Positions 51,857 through 64,000 of a DNA stretch of 64,000 bases are shown in pieces. Position numbers and translations under genes: made by a program. Positions within the stretch are counted from its first letter, which is position 1. Every line of letters begins with the position of its first letter. The DNA comes from Eledone cirrhosa (Eukaryota): contig OZ024740.1 in the NCBI GenBank assembly GCA_964016885.1, positions 149,358,001 through 149,422,000 on the forward strand, given 5' to 3'. The notes beneath the pieces were generated by a model, which searched no databases, was not told where the DNA came from, and worked only from the letters and a program-made list of their open reading frames with translations.

Positions 51857-53559
51857 TATTAGGCGAAGAATTGGCAGAGTCACTACAGCACAGAACAAAA
51901 CGCCTCCACTCTCTGAGTTCAAATTTCGCCGCAGTCAACTTTGCCTTTCATTCTTTTGGGGTCGTTAATATAAAGTACTATTTCATGGTGGTAAATCGTC
52001 GAAATTGCGAGAGCATCGGATGACATGTCCTGCGAGTGTGTTCTGAGTTCAAATCTCGTTGTGGCCTATTTGGATAGTAGACGCTCAGTTGAACCCACCA
52101 CTTGGCCCTTGGGTGCACTTACCGGAGTTCTTTTTGTTGAATCATTCAGGGCAGGTCTCCGGTGAGAGGAGATCCTGAAATAGAGTCATGAAGCACTACT
52201 ACTACTACTAAGTATCTAACTAAACCTAAAAGACGGATAAAAAGTAAAGCCGACTTCGGTCGGATGTGAACTCAAAGCATCAGATATTTTGCTGTAAGGT
52301 ATTTTGTACGGTGCACTTCCGATTCTGCCATTTTGCCTGCGGAGCGCAACTGAGATATAAATCCTAGACTATAGGTAATATAGTAATCATAGAATAAAAT
52401 AAAGTGAACTGATTTAGAATGGTGCCTGTAAAAAGCTGTTACCACAGTATAAGTAAATTTGTTGGTAGTATGAAAACTACTATGCAACAGTATGGAAATA
52501 GTGTAGAATGATATCTGTGAACGACTACTAATCAAAATGTATCATAGATTTATGAGAATTTAAGACATGAATTCCGATATAAATTCATAGTGGAATTTTG
52601 TAATGTTAAAACAAAATGCGAAATGTAGTTTAGTGGGAGTTATTGGTTATATGAAAAATCAATTAAGATTTATCGATTTTAAAGTTTTAATATTTAAGAA
52701 ATATTTCACATGAAGAAGTTAGTAATTTCTCGATTTGACGAAAAAGTAAAGAGTATTAAATTTACATAACTTGTCAAATTTCGTAAAATTATAACAATTA
52801 TGTAATTATATGAGTGCAATGTTTAAATTCATGAAATCATAATTTCATCAGCAATGCACATAATCATCATAACGTTTAGCATAATCACCGTCATCATTAT
52901 CAACACCAGTAGCATCATCGTCATCATCATCATCACAATAACAGCAACATCACTTACCATCAAAATTATCATCCACATCAGAATCATTATCCTCCTCACA
53001 CATTTAGTTATAACTTGTTGCATCAAAATCACTAATAATATCATCAATACATTTAGCGGTAGGAAAGAGCAATGACCAGAGTGCTGTTAATTACTTTGAC
53101 ATTAATTACATAATCAGATGTTTTATAAATTATACATTCACGCATACAGTTTTCAAATGTTTCCTATTAACATTCTTTCCATTAAATAACAACATTCAAT
53201 TTTTCACAAGAATTTGATGAAGGGTTACTCCAGGCTTTGGCACTAATAAAATATATTCAAACAATTTACTCTGAAATGTTTTATTCGATAGATTTTTCTT
53301 TATTATTTGGTCAAATATTTATTTCGATTATATGATAAAAGAGGATATCAAATTTAGCAACATTTATTAATAGTTGCGTTTTTGTTGGTTGGGCCTACAC
53401 CTACGTAGTCATGCTTATGGAGGAAGGTGGAAGCCATCGGAATATATTGAATTAATTTCGATATATTACAAATAACTATTTTATAGTTCCCTGAAGAATG
53501 AAAACTAAAGCCCATGCCTTGACGAATTGGATTTAAAACAATGATAAAGATATTGAATG

Positions 53560-54950
53560 GTGCAGTTTCAAATCCAACATTTTATTGTCTTCACTATCAA
53601 TACCTGACGTAACAGACCTATGATGAAAGGCGTTCTAGCTTTGACCATCCCGATTTTTTTAGGCAGTGTATACCCTGAAAAGCATTATTCAATGTGTCTG
53701 TTTTTATGATAGTAGACTTTGAGTGAGATTTAACTGATATTTCATCATGAGGAGCAGACAAGTGATCTTGTCCTGTGAGAACCATCAGATGGATATACAG
53801 ACAGGGATAGCAGGAAAAGAAATTACATTGATAACCTGTGTAGGTTGTGTAAGAGAGCTCAGAACGCAGATGATAGATAAAAAGAGAGTTGGGCGACCTG
53901 GTAGTCAGCATATATCATGAACTTCTATTTCATGAGTATGTGTATAAGCTTGAGTAATCAGTTCTATTCGTTTCATCTAATGTTAGACTGATTGGGTTTT
54001 ATAGTACGGTTATTGCTGAGTCACTGTAATGATGTAATGATTGAACTGTTCACGCAGAATCATTCAGCAGAAAATCCTCCAAATTTGTATTAAGTTTTTG
54101 TATAAAGTTTTGCCATAGACTGGTATTGGATCAGCCATTTATGAGCGATGTGTGGTAATTAATTCTATGTAGCTTTACCATGTCATTTGACATTCGCTTA
54201 TTCTATTGGTAAATATTTCTTGACATTGTTATTTATATGGATAATCTGATATGCTTGTTAAATGCTCTCTGTCTGACAAATCTCAAAATTATATGGTCTC
54301 CCACTTTCTAGAACTTGCTATCTGGTAACATCACTCCTGTGAAGGCGCTTTCACGTGGTCAAACGAACAATATTAGTAGACATATCTTTCTCAAATCACA
54401 TACTACAATCTTCAAAAAAGAAATCGCTCCACATTGTAATCAGATATACATAAGATGGAGTTGCCACCGCGGAAACCGCTTTGATTATAATTTTGCTCGT
54501 TGGAGAATATCTGGAATTTAACAAAATCAATAACAAATATTGATACCGATTGCATTTCTTTTTGTGTTTTCTTCTATCTTTCAACTGAAAGAAAGAAAGG
54601 AAGACTGCGCGTGCGAGAATTCATTTGAAGTCACTGACAGATTTGATACGAATATTTAGAACGTCTTTTAAGGAAGCAGGCCGTGTTATGTGACAGAATC
54701 GTACACCTTGTGAAGAGCGAAGTGAAAAGTTCCTGCTGGAACATGCCATCAATGATTTTAAATTATATTTATTTTTAGTTCATTACCAGCAAATGGATTG
54801 TTGGTGTTATTCTTTATGTAGTGCCAAGTTAATTCTGCTTGAAAGACATATGGGTAGAGGCGACAAGACTATTAAGGTCAACTAGGCAACCGAGGCTGCA
54901 GACATCAGAGAAGTGCATTACTGAACCATAAAGTATCAAAGTGGTATACT
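53560..54950 (-). mobile_element. Highly degenerate Penelope-like RT/endonuclease remnant
   Basis: Minus-strand AVATPSYVYL.M resembles the PLE RT motif B (GT..APSYANL.M). Many stops. Confidence 0.45.
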
Positions 54951-56417
54951 AATTTGTATAATTAAATAAAAAATATATAATAATATCCTGCCATCAATAA
55001 ATAAATCTTTAAACATATTTCCCGCGAAACAACATTGTAGAAATATAAAAAGCGGTGAGTCGTTCGGTATTATGACTTGTCACGTGATTTGGCGTGGGTG
55101 AGTGTAGACTGTGTAGTGAGAAATGCAGGCTCAGCAATGTTTTAGTGTGTCAGAAGCGCATGACTGTGAGAAGGTGTACATAGCAGAGTTAGCATAGAGA
55201 AATATATAGCCATATGCCGGCTGTGCCTATGAGGTATCATCTGAGTGAGATTTTGTTAGTATGTATGACGAACAACCGCATTCGTGTGCTGTAACATCTA
55301 GACTGCCAACTGACGTGCACATTGTGTTTCCGTAAAGCATTTTACACAGTGTATAAAGTAACCACTACTTTTACTATTTTAGAAGAGCAAAAACATCGTC
55401 GACGATCACTTGAATAAAGTGAATCACATTATCTCTCCTTACTAAATTTACATGTTTTTTTTTTCTTCAACTACTGCAAAAATAAATATGGCAATGGCTT
55501 CTTAGATGTTAGTATTGAGTTGGAATTCTTTTACTATTTGGGTTGGAATTCTTTTACTATTTTCTGAGTGTTTTAAATGACTTTCCATCAAGTAAATACT
55601 AACAATACCACTGGAAAATGACGTTTGCTTAGATTGAAGATTCAATAGAATACAAAGGCATTGTTTATTTTGGAGTAGTACGTCTTCAACCTGTTGGGAA
55701 ACATTAGACTATCACTTTACTCCGTTTCCAATTTTCTAACTCATGTTGTGTTTGAAAATAGTATGTGTGATGTTTAATTGTTACTATAATTATAGTTAAA
55801 AGTAATAAAAGTGTAAAGGGATAACAATACACATGCTAGAAAACGAATGTTTAGATAGGGCAAAAGATATATGTGTATGAATGAGTGTCTGTGAGTGCGT
55901 GTGTATGTATGCATGTTATTTTTATTTGAATATAGGCCCTAATCTTTATATGTCTGATTCAATCCAAGGACCTATATTTAAATAAAAGTACTCTACATTT
56001 AATATGTTTTGAGAATTTACTGAATAGTGTTCTTCTTAGAGTCTGATCAAATTTACACCCATACACTCATATGCATGTGTGTGTTTGCGCATCTGTCTGT
56101 ATGCATATCTGAAGGCAAGTGGCTTCTGTGTTTAAGTTGCTGGGTTCACGATCGTAAAATCGTGAGTTCGATTCCTGAACACATTATTTCACGTTGCTCC
56201 AGTTTACTAATCTGAAAAAATAAATAGTTGTACCTCAGATTTCAAAGGTCTAGCTTTCCCACATACCGTGACATGGTAAATCTCCCCGAGAATTAAGTTA
56301 TAGGTACATGGGCCTCTCCAATGTTAGCCCTCTGCACGTTAATTTCACGAGCAGGCTTTTCTTTTGAATGAATAACTGGAACCCTCACCGTCGAAGCCGA
56401 CAGATGTCTAAGAATAC

Positions 56418-56515
<98 letters not shown>

Positions 56516-57169
56516 GGGTTCAATTGGGGGTAACCACAGTACGAAAGATACTCAATACATTAGTTGTGTGTGAACATCAAACTTAATATAGAAATGGCCT
56601 CTACAGGATCGAACTGTTTCATTCGAAAGAACTTATTTCCATAGCCATTTATATATTAAATTTTACATATATATATGTATCTGTATGATACCTCTCAGCA
56701 TATGTATGTTGCTATCTGCGTATGTATGTTAAACCGCTTTAACGTTCTTGATTGTATAGTGATATTTAAAAGTTACTACTTCGATAGACTTCCTGATTTC
56801 CATCCAGAATGATGATTATTTATATTATATTCTCAACATTTCACTATTCCTGGCTAACTGTCAATAATCTAGCCAATTTCGTTATGTATAGGCTATATGC
56901 AGTGGTATAATTCATTGTTGTTAGAAACGAAAGAACTGCCCTTTGGTATCCTAAAGTGCTTGATATAACTCAAGTGGATACAATATGCAATGACTGTAAA
57001 GCTTCTACAAGAACAACTGTAAATAAACAATATGGATGAAAAAATAAACAGAATATAATGTGATGTGTATATTACTTATCCATTATATACTATACTACCA
57101 TATGCTACAAACTATGTTTTTATATGATCTTATTGCTTATACCTTGCACAATTACCATCAATATCTACA

Positions 57170-57195
57170 TTTTCATTCTTTCTTTCTATTTACAG
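57170..57195 (+). promoter_or_regulatory. 3' splice acceptor of the neuropeptide coding exon
   Basis: ttttcattctttctttctatttacag| lies 34 nt upstream of the ATG, implying at least one upstream non-coding exon. Confidence 0.75.
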
Positions 57196-57229
57196 ACATT
57201 GACCAATTTTGAATAGATTTCGTGCCACC

Positions 57230-57856
57230 ATGATGAAATCAATACTTATAATGTCAGCACTGTTTTCTCTAATGATTCCAAATATGGTTCTATGCAGGAA
57301 TCGACCTGACACTTTAAACTCAGTTTTTCTTTCTAATGATTATGAAACTGATGATAAAAAACTATCTGCCTACGACGAAGGCACATTTCACAGTAATTTT
57401 GATGACAGTGGGGGAGTTACTGGTGAAGATACTAAAACTAATCAGCTTATATATAAACTTCAAAATGACATAAACAGGAATGGCGTCGAAGATGATTTCA
57501 CTAAGAATACCGACGAATACTACTATAATAACGGCAATGGTAATATTGCTACGAAAGGTGATGGAGAGAAGAAATTGAAATTGTTAACGCTGTATCCAGC
57601 TCTGCAGAAAAAGCAAGATACTTCTACGAACCAAGATAATTACAGCATAAAGAAAGACGGCTTTGATAACGAACCAATCTTTGACCCTGCGTGTAGATGT
57701 TGGGTTACTAATAGCGATAAGCATTTGATGAATAGACGTCAGGGTTACTCAATAAATGCGCCACTTACGGCAATCGCAAGAATTTTGGAAGAATCACGAA
57801 AGCGTATGGAGAAAAATAAAATCAGGGAAAAACTTATAGACATCGGTCGGAAATAA
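57230..57856 (+). CDS. ELH: ELH/DH44/CRH-family neuropeptide precursor (208 aa, single coding exon)
   Basis: ATG in a perfect GCCACCATG context, preceded by a polypyrimidine tract and tacAG acceptor (AG at 57194-57195). Hydrophobic signal peptide MMKSILIMSALFSLMIPNMVLC, acidic spacer and dibasic sites. C-terminus RR-QGYSINAPLTAIARILEESRKRMEKNKIREKLIDI-G-RK-stop has an amidation signal and matches Aplysia ELH ISINQDLKAITDML...LRQRLLEK-amide by eye. The track ORF starts at an upstream TTG (57209). Confidence 0.85.
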   Translation: MMKSILIMSALFSLMIPNMVLCRNRPDTLNSVFLSNDYETDDKKLSAYDEGTFHSNFDDSGGVTGEDTKTNQLIYKLQNDINRNGVEDDFTKNTDEYYYNNGNGNIATKGDGEKKLKLLTLYPALQKKQDTSTNQDNYSIKKDGFDNEPIFDPACRCWVTNSDKHLMNRRQGYSINAPLTAIARILEESRKRMEKNKIREKLIDIGRK

Positions 57857-58291
57857 GAAATCCCAAATAATAAAATGAAGAAATTGTGGGAAATAGTAAG
57901 ATTTAATAGGAACTAAATGTAAGCCGACGATACATATGTATCCATGCAAATAATTTCAGACCATGATGTTTGTAAATATGAAACAAGAATTTAGATAACA
58001 TATTCAGGTTGACTGATATAATTCCAATATTCTTACATAGGAATACATACATATACACACAGACACACTAACATACATGCACATACGCATGCACACATAT
58101 TCACACATATGTAGGTATGCACATTTGCACATATATTTAAACATATCTTTATTTATATTTTCGTGTGTAAATACAGTTGTGCAATGTGCTCATATATCTA
58201 TATATATATATATGTATGCTTGTGTCTAAATACGTTCACGTTCGCACGTATACTTAAATGCTTCTCGCATACATATATGTATCTGCATACA

Positions 58292-58354
<63 letters not shown>

Positions 58355-58482
58355 ATGTGTGTGCATGTGTGTGTGTTAATTTCATTCCACATGTACATGA
58401 ATATATAATATATTGTATTTAGGCTCGTATGTGTTATATGTTTATATGTTTTGTTACATACGTATATTCATACATCAATTTA

Positions 58483-58559
<77 letters not shown>

Positions 58560-59340
58560 GACATAGCTGGTGATCTAATTGGTAGGATTGCAGTCATCGT
58601 GTTTAAAGAAATAAGAGAAATCATTTAATTAGACGCTGAACACTTCTATGGACGCATATTTCAATAAAATATATTTCTGGAGCATCTCTACGATTCTGGT
58701 TTTCGTTCTTTTTTGTTTATTTGATATATTTTTCCGGCTTCCTCTTTCACTTCGTTATCTTCTTTTTTTTTCTTTTTTGACAAATAAAATGAAATGTTCA
58801 TGGATTTCAATTTTTTTAAATATCTGTGGTGAATATTAATTACATCTATATATGTGCACAATTGTATACAAATATACCTGTAAATAAGAAATGTTTTAGC
58901 GTTATGCCAGGTATGTCGTTCCATATTCCTTATTATTATTATATTCCGTATTTACATATATACGATTGGAAGTCACTCTATAGCGCCGAACAAAATGAGT
59001 ATTCTTGTTCCAATATCAGAATTCATTATAAATTTTACATAGTATGATGTCAGGACATTCCACCCAATGACTTATTGTATTTACTTACGTCCTTTTATGA
59101 TCTAAGTTCAAATCATGCTGAAATGAAGTTTGCTTCACATCCTACCGTGATCGATAACTAAAACAACAGTTAGGTGCTGGGTAGATGGTGATATATTCGG
59201 CTATATGACTTTCCTATAAAGATTTTGGCCTTGTGCCTCTGTTTGAAATCAAAAAAGTACTGAATCTACTTAATATATAAAAATATGTAACCTTGCATCA
59301 AAATCATTATTATTATTATTATTATTATTACTATGTTATA

Positions 59341-59690
59341 GGGCAGTATCGGTAGAGTCGGAAACAATGCTTTGCAGCATAGAGTTACGGCCCTTTACGG
59401 TCTGAGTTCAAATCCCGCCGAGGTTAACTTTGCCTTTCATCCTTACGGGGGTCGATAAAACGACGCACCAGTAACGTACTGGGTCGATTTAATCGACTTT
59501 CCCAAATTACTGGCCTTGTGCCAATACTAGAAATCATTATTATTACTATGTTACGGCCCTTATCATTCTGAGTTCAAATCCCGCCGAGGTTAACTTTGCC
59601 TTTCATCCTTATGGGGTCGATAAAATAAAGTACCAGTAATGTACTGGGTAATTGCTGGCCTTGTGCCAAAAGTAGAAACAATTATTATTA
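59341..59690 (+). mobile_element. Two tandem SINE copies
   Basis: About 59341-59535 and 59550-59690. Confidence 0.85.
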
Positions 59691-60029
59691 CTATGTTAAA
59701 AATCATTAATTTTTTTCAGTTCATATTTTTATTTGTTATTATTGAAAACTCATTTGCGAAAAATGCAGCCTTTTGCCGACAAATTAAAATGTATTCCTTA
59801 TATACATTCACGCACACATACATTCATATATATTTCTGTCTATGTATGTATGTATGTGATGGTGCGTTGCCAAGTGGTTAGGATATTCGTTTTGCGATTG
59901 TAAGGTCGTGAGTTCGGTTCCTGGACCTGGTGGCGCCTTGTGTCCTTGAACAATACACTTTATTTCAAGTTGTTTCGGTTCACTCAAGAGGCAATATCTA
60001 GTTACAACGACACTGAATTGGTCATTTCT

Positions 60030-60666
60030 AATCCGTTGAAAATCCAAGAAATATTTATTGCATATTATGGTCTCTTACATGCGTTTCAAGTTATGCAATC
60101 GTATTCGAGAGCTGAAAAATTCACTATCCCGTACTACTTATTTACAATATCATGTCGTCAGAGAGGTCTTAAGTAGCACTAAAGCTCAGTGGTCCAGATC
60201 ACGTTTATATAGTAATTCCGGCAAAATATTTAACATCATATTAACTGGATGCAAATTTTACGTTTATTGTTTATTCCAATTACAAAAATATCTTAGGTTT
60301 CCTTAGCTAATCTAAAATTTGGTTCTCTTCCTCATTAATATGTACGCATTAATGGTGGACATCTATGTATATCTATTTTTACATAATTACTTATTCTAAT
60401 GCTAAATTTACATGATTATTATCCGATTAATCTGATGATAAATACTTTGATGAGGTGCCTGTCAACATGGAATGACTACACCTGACCACTGAGCTTTAGT
60501 TCTACTTAAGAACTCTCTGACGAAATCATATTGTAAATATGTAGTTCGTGATAGTGAATTATGTAACATAATGTTTCAGTTCTCCTATGCGATTGCGTAA
60601 TTACATTAAAACACGTGAACAGAACCCTATTATGCAACAAATCTTTCTTCGATTTTGAACGGATTT
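60030..60666. repeat. Diverged long inverted repeat (foldback/MITE)
   Basis: About 60030-60197 is an imperfect reverse complement of about 60481-60666. Confidence 0.65.
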
Positions 60667-61310
60667 TGCCTAGTTTTTCCTTGTACCCTATCTTAAATTA
60701 CTCTATGAAATCTCCTTGGCACTTATATACCGTACTCAACGACGCATCTTGTATCATCAAGATACTTATGTTACACAACTCCACCGATCAAGTTGAACAC
60801 AATTAACTGGCAAGCTGCCTCTTTCATTTTTTGTTTCACATATTCATTTTACATTAACATGAATTAGCCTACATAAAACGGATACTCCCATATTACAATA
60901 TAATTGTAATATATTCCTCTGTATTTGAATTCGATTTCTTACGATTGATAATTGAGAATAGCGATTTCAAGACAACACAAGGTGATGAAACATATGTAAA
61001 TGCTAAAAATAAACCCTACTTTACCGCTTATCTGTATTAATCCTCTTTTTACCGTTTGTAACTACTCCAAGGATTACTGATCACGGAACTATCAAAGGAA
61101 AATCCTACAATGTTGTAAACATCGTCATGAGTCAACCACCACTTTATGCTAAAACACTCCTCGTTATAGACTACTCTAACCCTCAACTAGGGAAACCGAA
61201 AACGATATCTCGTATACCTATGAAAGCAGTGATTCTTTACTTAAACTTTAATCTGTTATTTTAATAAATATATATATATATATATATTTATTTATTTATA
61301 TATATGTATG

Positions 61311-61365
<55 letters not shown>

Positions 61366-61400
61366 AGGATGAATATAAAATGAAAGTGCTTTTGTATATA

Positions 61401-61435
<35 letters not shown>

Positions 61436-61472
61436 TTAAAAAATAGAGGTGTAATACACGAGTTGTGATATA

Positions 61473-61879
61473 TTAGTAAAAGGAAAAGAAAATGCTGACA
61501 AATTTTTCCCAGTGAAAAATAGTTTAATTAGGAATAAGTATAAATTAGTAATAAGTATTGGTTAGTATACAGTTTTAGTTTTAAGTTTTTACCGGTTGCG
61601 CATTTCTAAAGCTTTTCAAAAATAATTTTGAGATAGAGCGCCCGTGATGTTTGCTCTAATCTGATCACTTTTGGAAATTCTTCCCGATGTTCTTTTGAGA
61701 GAATCGTTTTTGCAAATTACTGAAAATATCGAATAATGTACACCATTTTTACCAATATCACAAAAATACTGGTCCATACACACACACACACACACATACA
61801 CACACACACACACATACACACATATACACACACACACATACACACACACATACACACGCGTACACTAACATACAAACAG

Positions 61880-61923
<44 letters not shown>

Positions 61924-62631
61924 CTCCGTATAAGACAAGAGCTGAAAAATATCTTTCAACATGTTAAAATATCCCCCACACACGTACACACACATTCCTA
62001 CTGACCGAATTTATTCCCTCTACCACGAACCACTCTGCTACACACACACACACACACACAATATATATATATTAATAGACACCTGAACTGTTGACCTTTC
62101 AATATGACTGCAATTCACACACACATCCCTACTGACCATTATCACAACAATGAACCTCTTTACTACACACACACATATTTGTCTTAATAAACTTATTTTT
62201 CAGTGGCTTCTCAATCAGGCGAAAATGGACACTCTTCGACAAACTTACATTTGCCGCAAAATCAATTTTTAACATTCACGTGACCTCTACCGACCAATCA
62301 AAATTGTTTTGACTACAAGAATTTTTGCAACACGAAATGGCGCGAAAATTATAGTACTCATTCACGTGACATTCAACAACCAACCAAATCTTAATACCTC
62401 TGGAGCCACTTTTTTCACATAAAACAGGAAGAATTTCCAAAACTGAACAAATTAGAGCAAACATCACGGGCGCTCTATCTCAAAATTATTTTTGAAAAGC
62501 TTTAGAAATGCGCAACCGGTAAAAACTTAAAACTAAAACTGTATACTAACCAATACTTATTACTAATTCATACTTATTCCTAATTAAACTATTTTTCACT
62601 GGGAAAAATTTGTCAGCATTTTCTTTTACTA

Positions 62632-62633
<2 letters not shown>
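61473..62633. mobile_element. ~1.16-kb foldback element with ~185-bp near-perfect terminal inverted repeats
   Basis: 61473-61660 pairs with 62451-62633. Flanked by TA/(AT)n, with no coding capacity. Confidence 0.75.
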
Positions 62634-62665
<32 letters not shown>

Positions 62666-62730
62666 AGATATGTATATATATATGTGTGTGTGTATGCATG
62701 TATGTATATATATATATAGAGAGAGAGAGG

Positions 62731-62788
<58 letters not shown>

Positions 62789-62836
62789 GAGAGAGCGAGA
62801 GAGAGAGAAAGAGAGAGAGAGGGGGGGAGAGAGAGA

Positions 62837-62905
<69 letters not shown>

Positions 62906-63043
62906 TTAATAGGAAAATAAGAAAAAAGTAGAAAATGCTAACATGATTTTCTCATGGTAAAACAGAAAAACATTTTTAAAAAAATTCAATTTGGAGTACC
63001 GGTTTCAGTCGATAAAAATTTCGACTTCTTCATGCTACAGGAA

Positions 63044-63178
<135 letters not shown>

Positions 63179-63419
63179 TGTGTGTGTGTTTATATATACA
63201 CATACATGTATGTATGTATAAAAAATCATGATCATGATCATTAGCATATGTAGAATCTCCATTTTGGGTGGGTGTGGACGTTCATGATATTTGGTGATAT
63301 GAAGAAAAATGATTACAATTGAGGACATCACATGATCTTATATTTAATCTACACTATTCACATAACCACGCACACGCCTAAGTATACGTGTGTATGTATG
63401 TATGTATGTATGTCAACGG

Positions 63420-63660
63420 CCATCCAAATAGTACTTCTTTTTTTTTCACCTGGAAGTGAAAGGCCCCCAATTGTTGTCACAACACCTTTCTAAGAGAGGG
63501 AAACTCTGGAGTAAAAAACCTGCGACTTCGGAAGCATCCGATGATGTTGACCAGTTCTCCTTTTCGAATAGTGTTTTCGATGCTCAGAGAGTGGGTTTGG
63601 TCCAGTACAAGGCCTTTCCCCACTTAGAAAACTTTCAAAGCATAGGCGTTGCTTGTTCAG
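63420..63660 (-). mobile_element. Short L1/Tx1-like LINE remnant
   Basis: GC-richer island resembling the 3' part of the 1-2055 remnant (gaaaagttcc/tctgcc-type region). Weak evidence. Confidence 0.35.
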
Positions 63661-64000
63661 GATCTGTTACAGATTCGTGTGGCTGGCCGTAGCCTAAAGG
63701 TGCACCATTTTCTATAATCTGACAAGCGATTGCAATACTGTTAGCAGAGTTTGCAGTCATCATGTATGTATATATGTATGTGCTTTGATATTTTAATTTA
63801 AAGAAGCCGAAATGTTGAGGAACAGTACAGAGATCTGGAGGAGGGAAGCAAGTATGTTATTAATTTACGGACAAAGACAATTTCATCATTAAATTGTTTT
63901 GCAAGAATGGGTTCTCGATTCAAATGTGTTTGCTGGCGTTAGTAATATTTACAAATGATAAAGACAGTTCATATGAAGACAAAACACTTAAAAATAAACT

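Noticed and set aside
52829-53075. Hydrophobic Ile/Met-rich ORFs resembling membrane proteins
   Set aside because: Decayed (CAT)n repeat.
53485-53510. CTGAAGA..GAAA hammerhead-like string
   Set aside because: No room for stem II and no stem I or III pairing. Similar isolated cores near 24365, 30577 and 60517 were also rejected.
55040-55340. TATAAAAA, CACGTG and TGACGT near 55045-55316 as the hormone promoter
   Set aside because: Adjacent to a decayed PLE remnant, with no convincing Inr spacing. It is weaker than the 34269 candidate, though not excluded.

Overview
Repeat-rich eukaryotic animal DNA, most likely from an octopod cephalopod (inferred from the (AT)n/(CA)n/(GA)n/(TACA)n microsatellite load and the tRNA-type SINE, RTE, Dong/R4 and Penelope repeats). 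The only convincing host gene is a single coding exon at 57230-57856 (+). It encodes a 208-aa secreted prepropeptide whose C-terminal amidated 35-mer resembles the egg-laying hormone (ELH)/DH44/CRH family. A CRE-TATA-Inr promoter candidate lies about 23 kb upstream. The rest is mobile DNA: L1/Tx1, Tc1/mariner, Gypsy, Penelope-like elements (PLEs), two Dong/R4 restriction-like-endonuclease LINEs, RTE LINEs with C2H2 fingers, SINEs and MITEs. The main hidden feature is about 13 type-I hammerhead ribozyme motifs, read and paired by eye, from several unrelated PLE-type repeat families. They include a tandem 436-nt retrozyme-like unit, sense/antisense hammerhead palindromes and U3-A8 core variants. 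There is also a weaker HDV-like ribozyme candidate at the 5' end of a non-autonomous RTE-like element. Most short ORFs in the supplied track are microsatellite or antisense artefacts. No database searches or folding programs were run.
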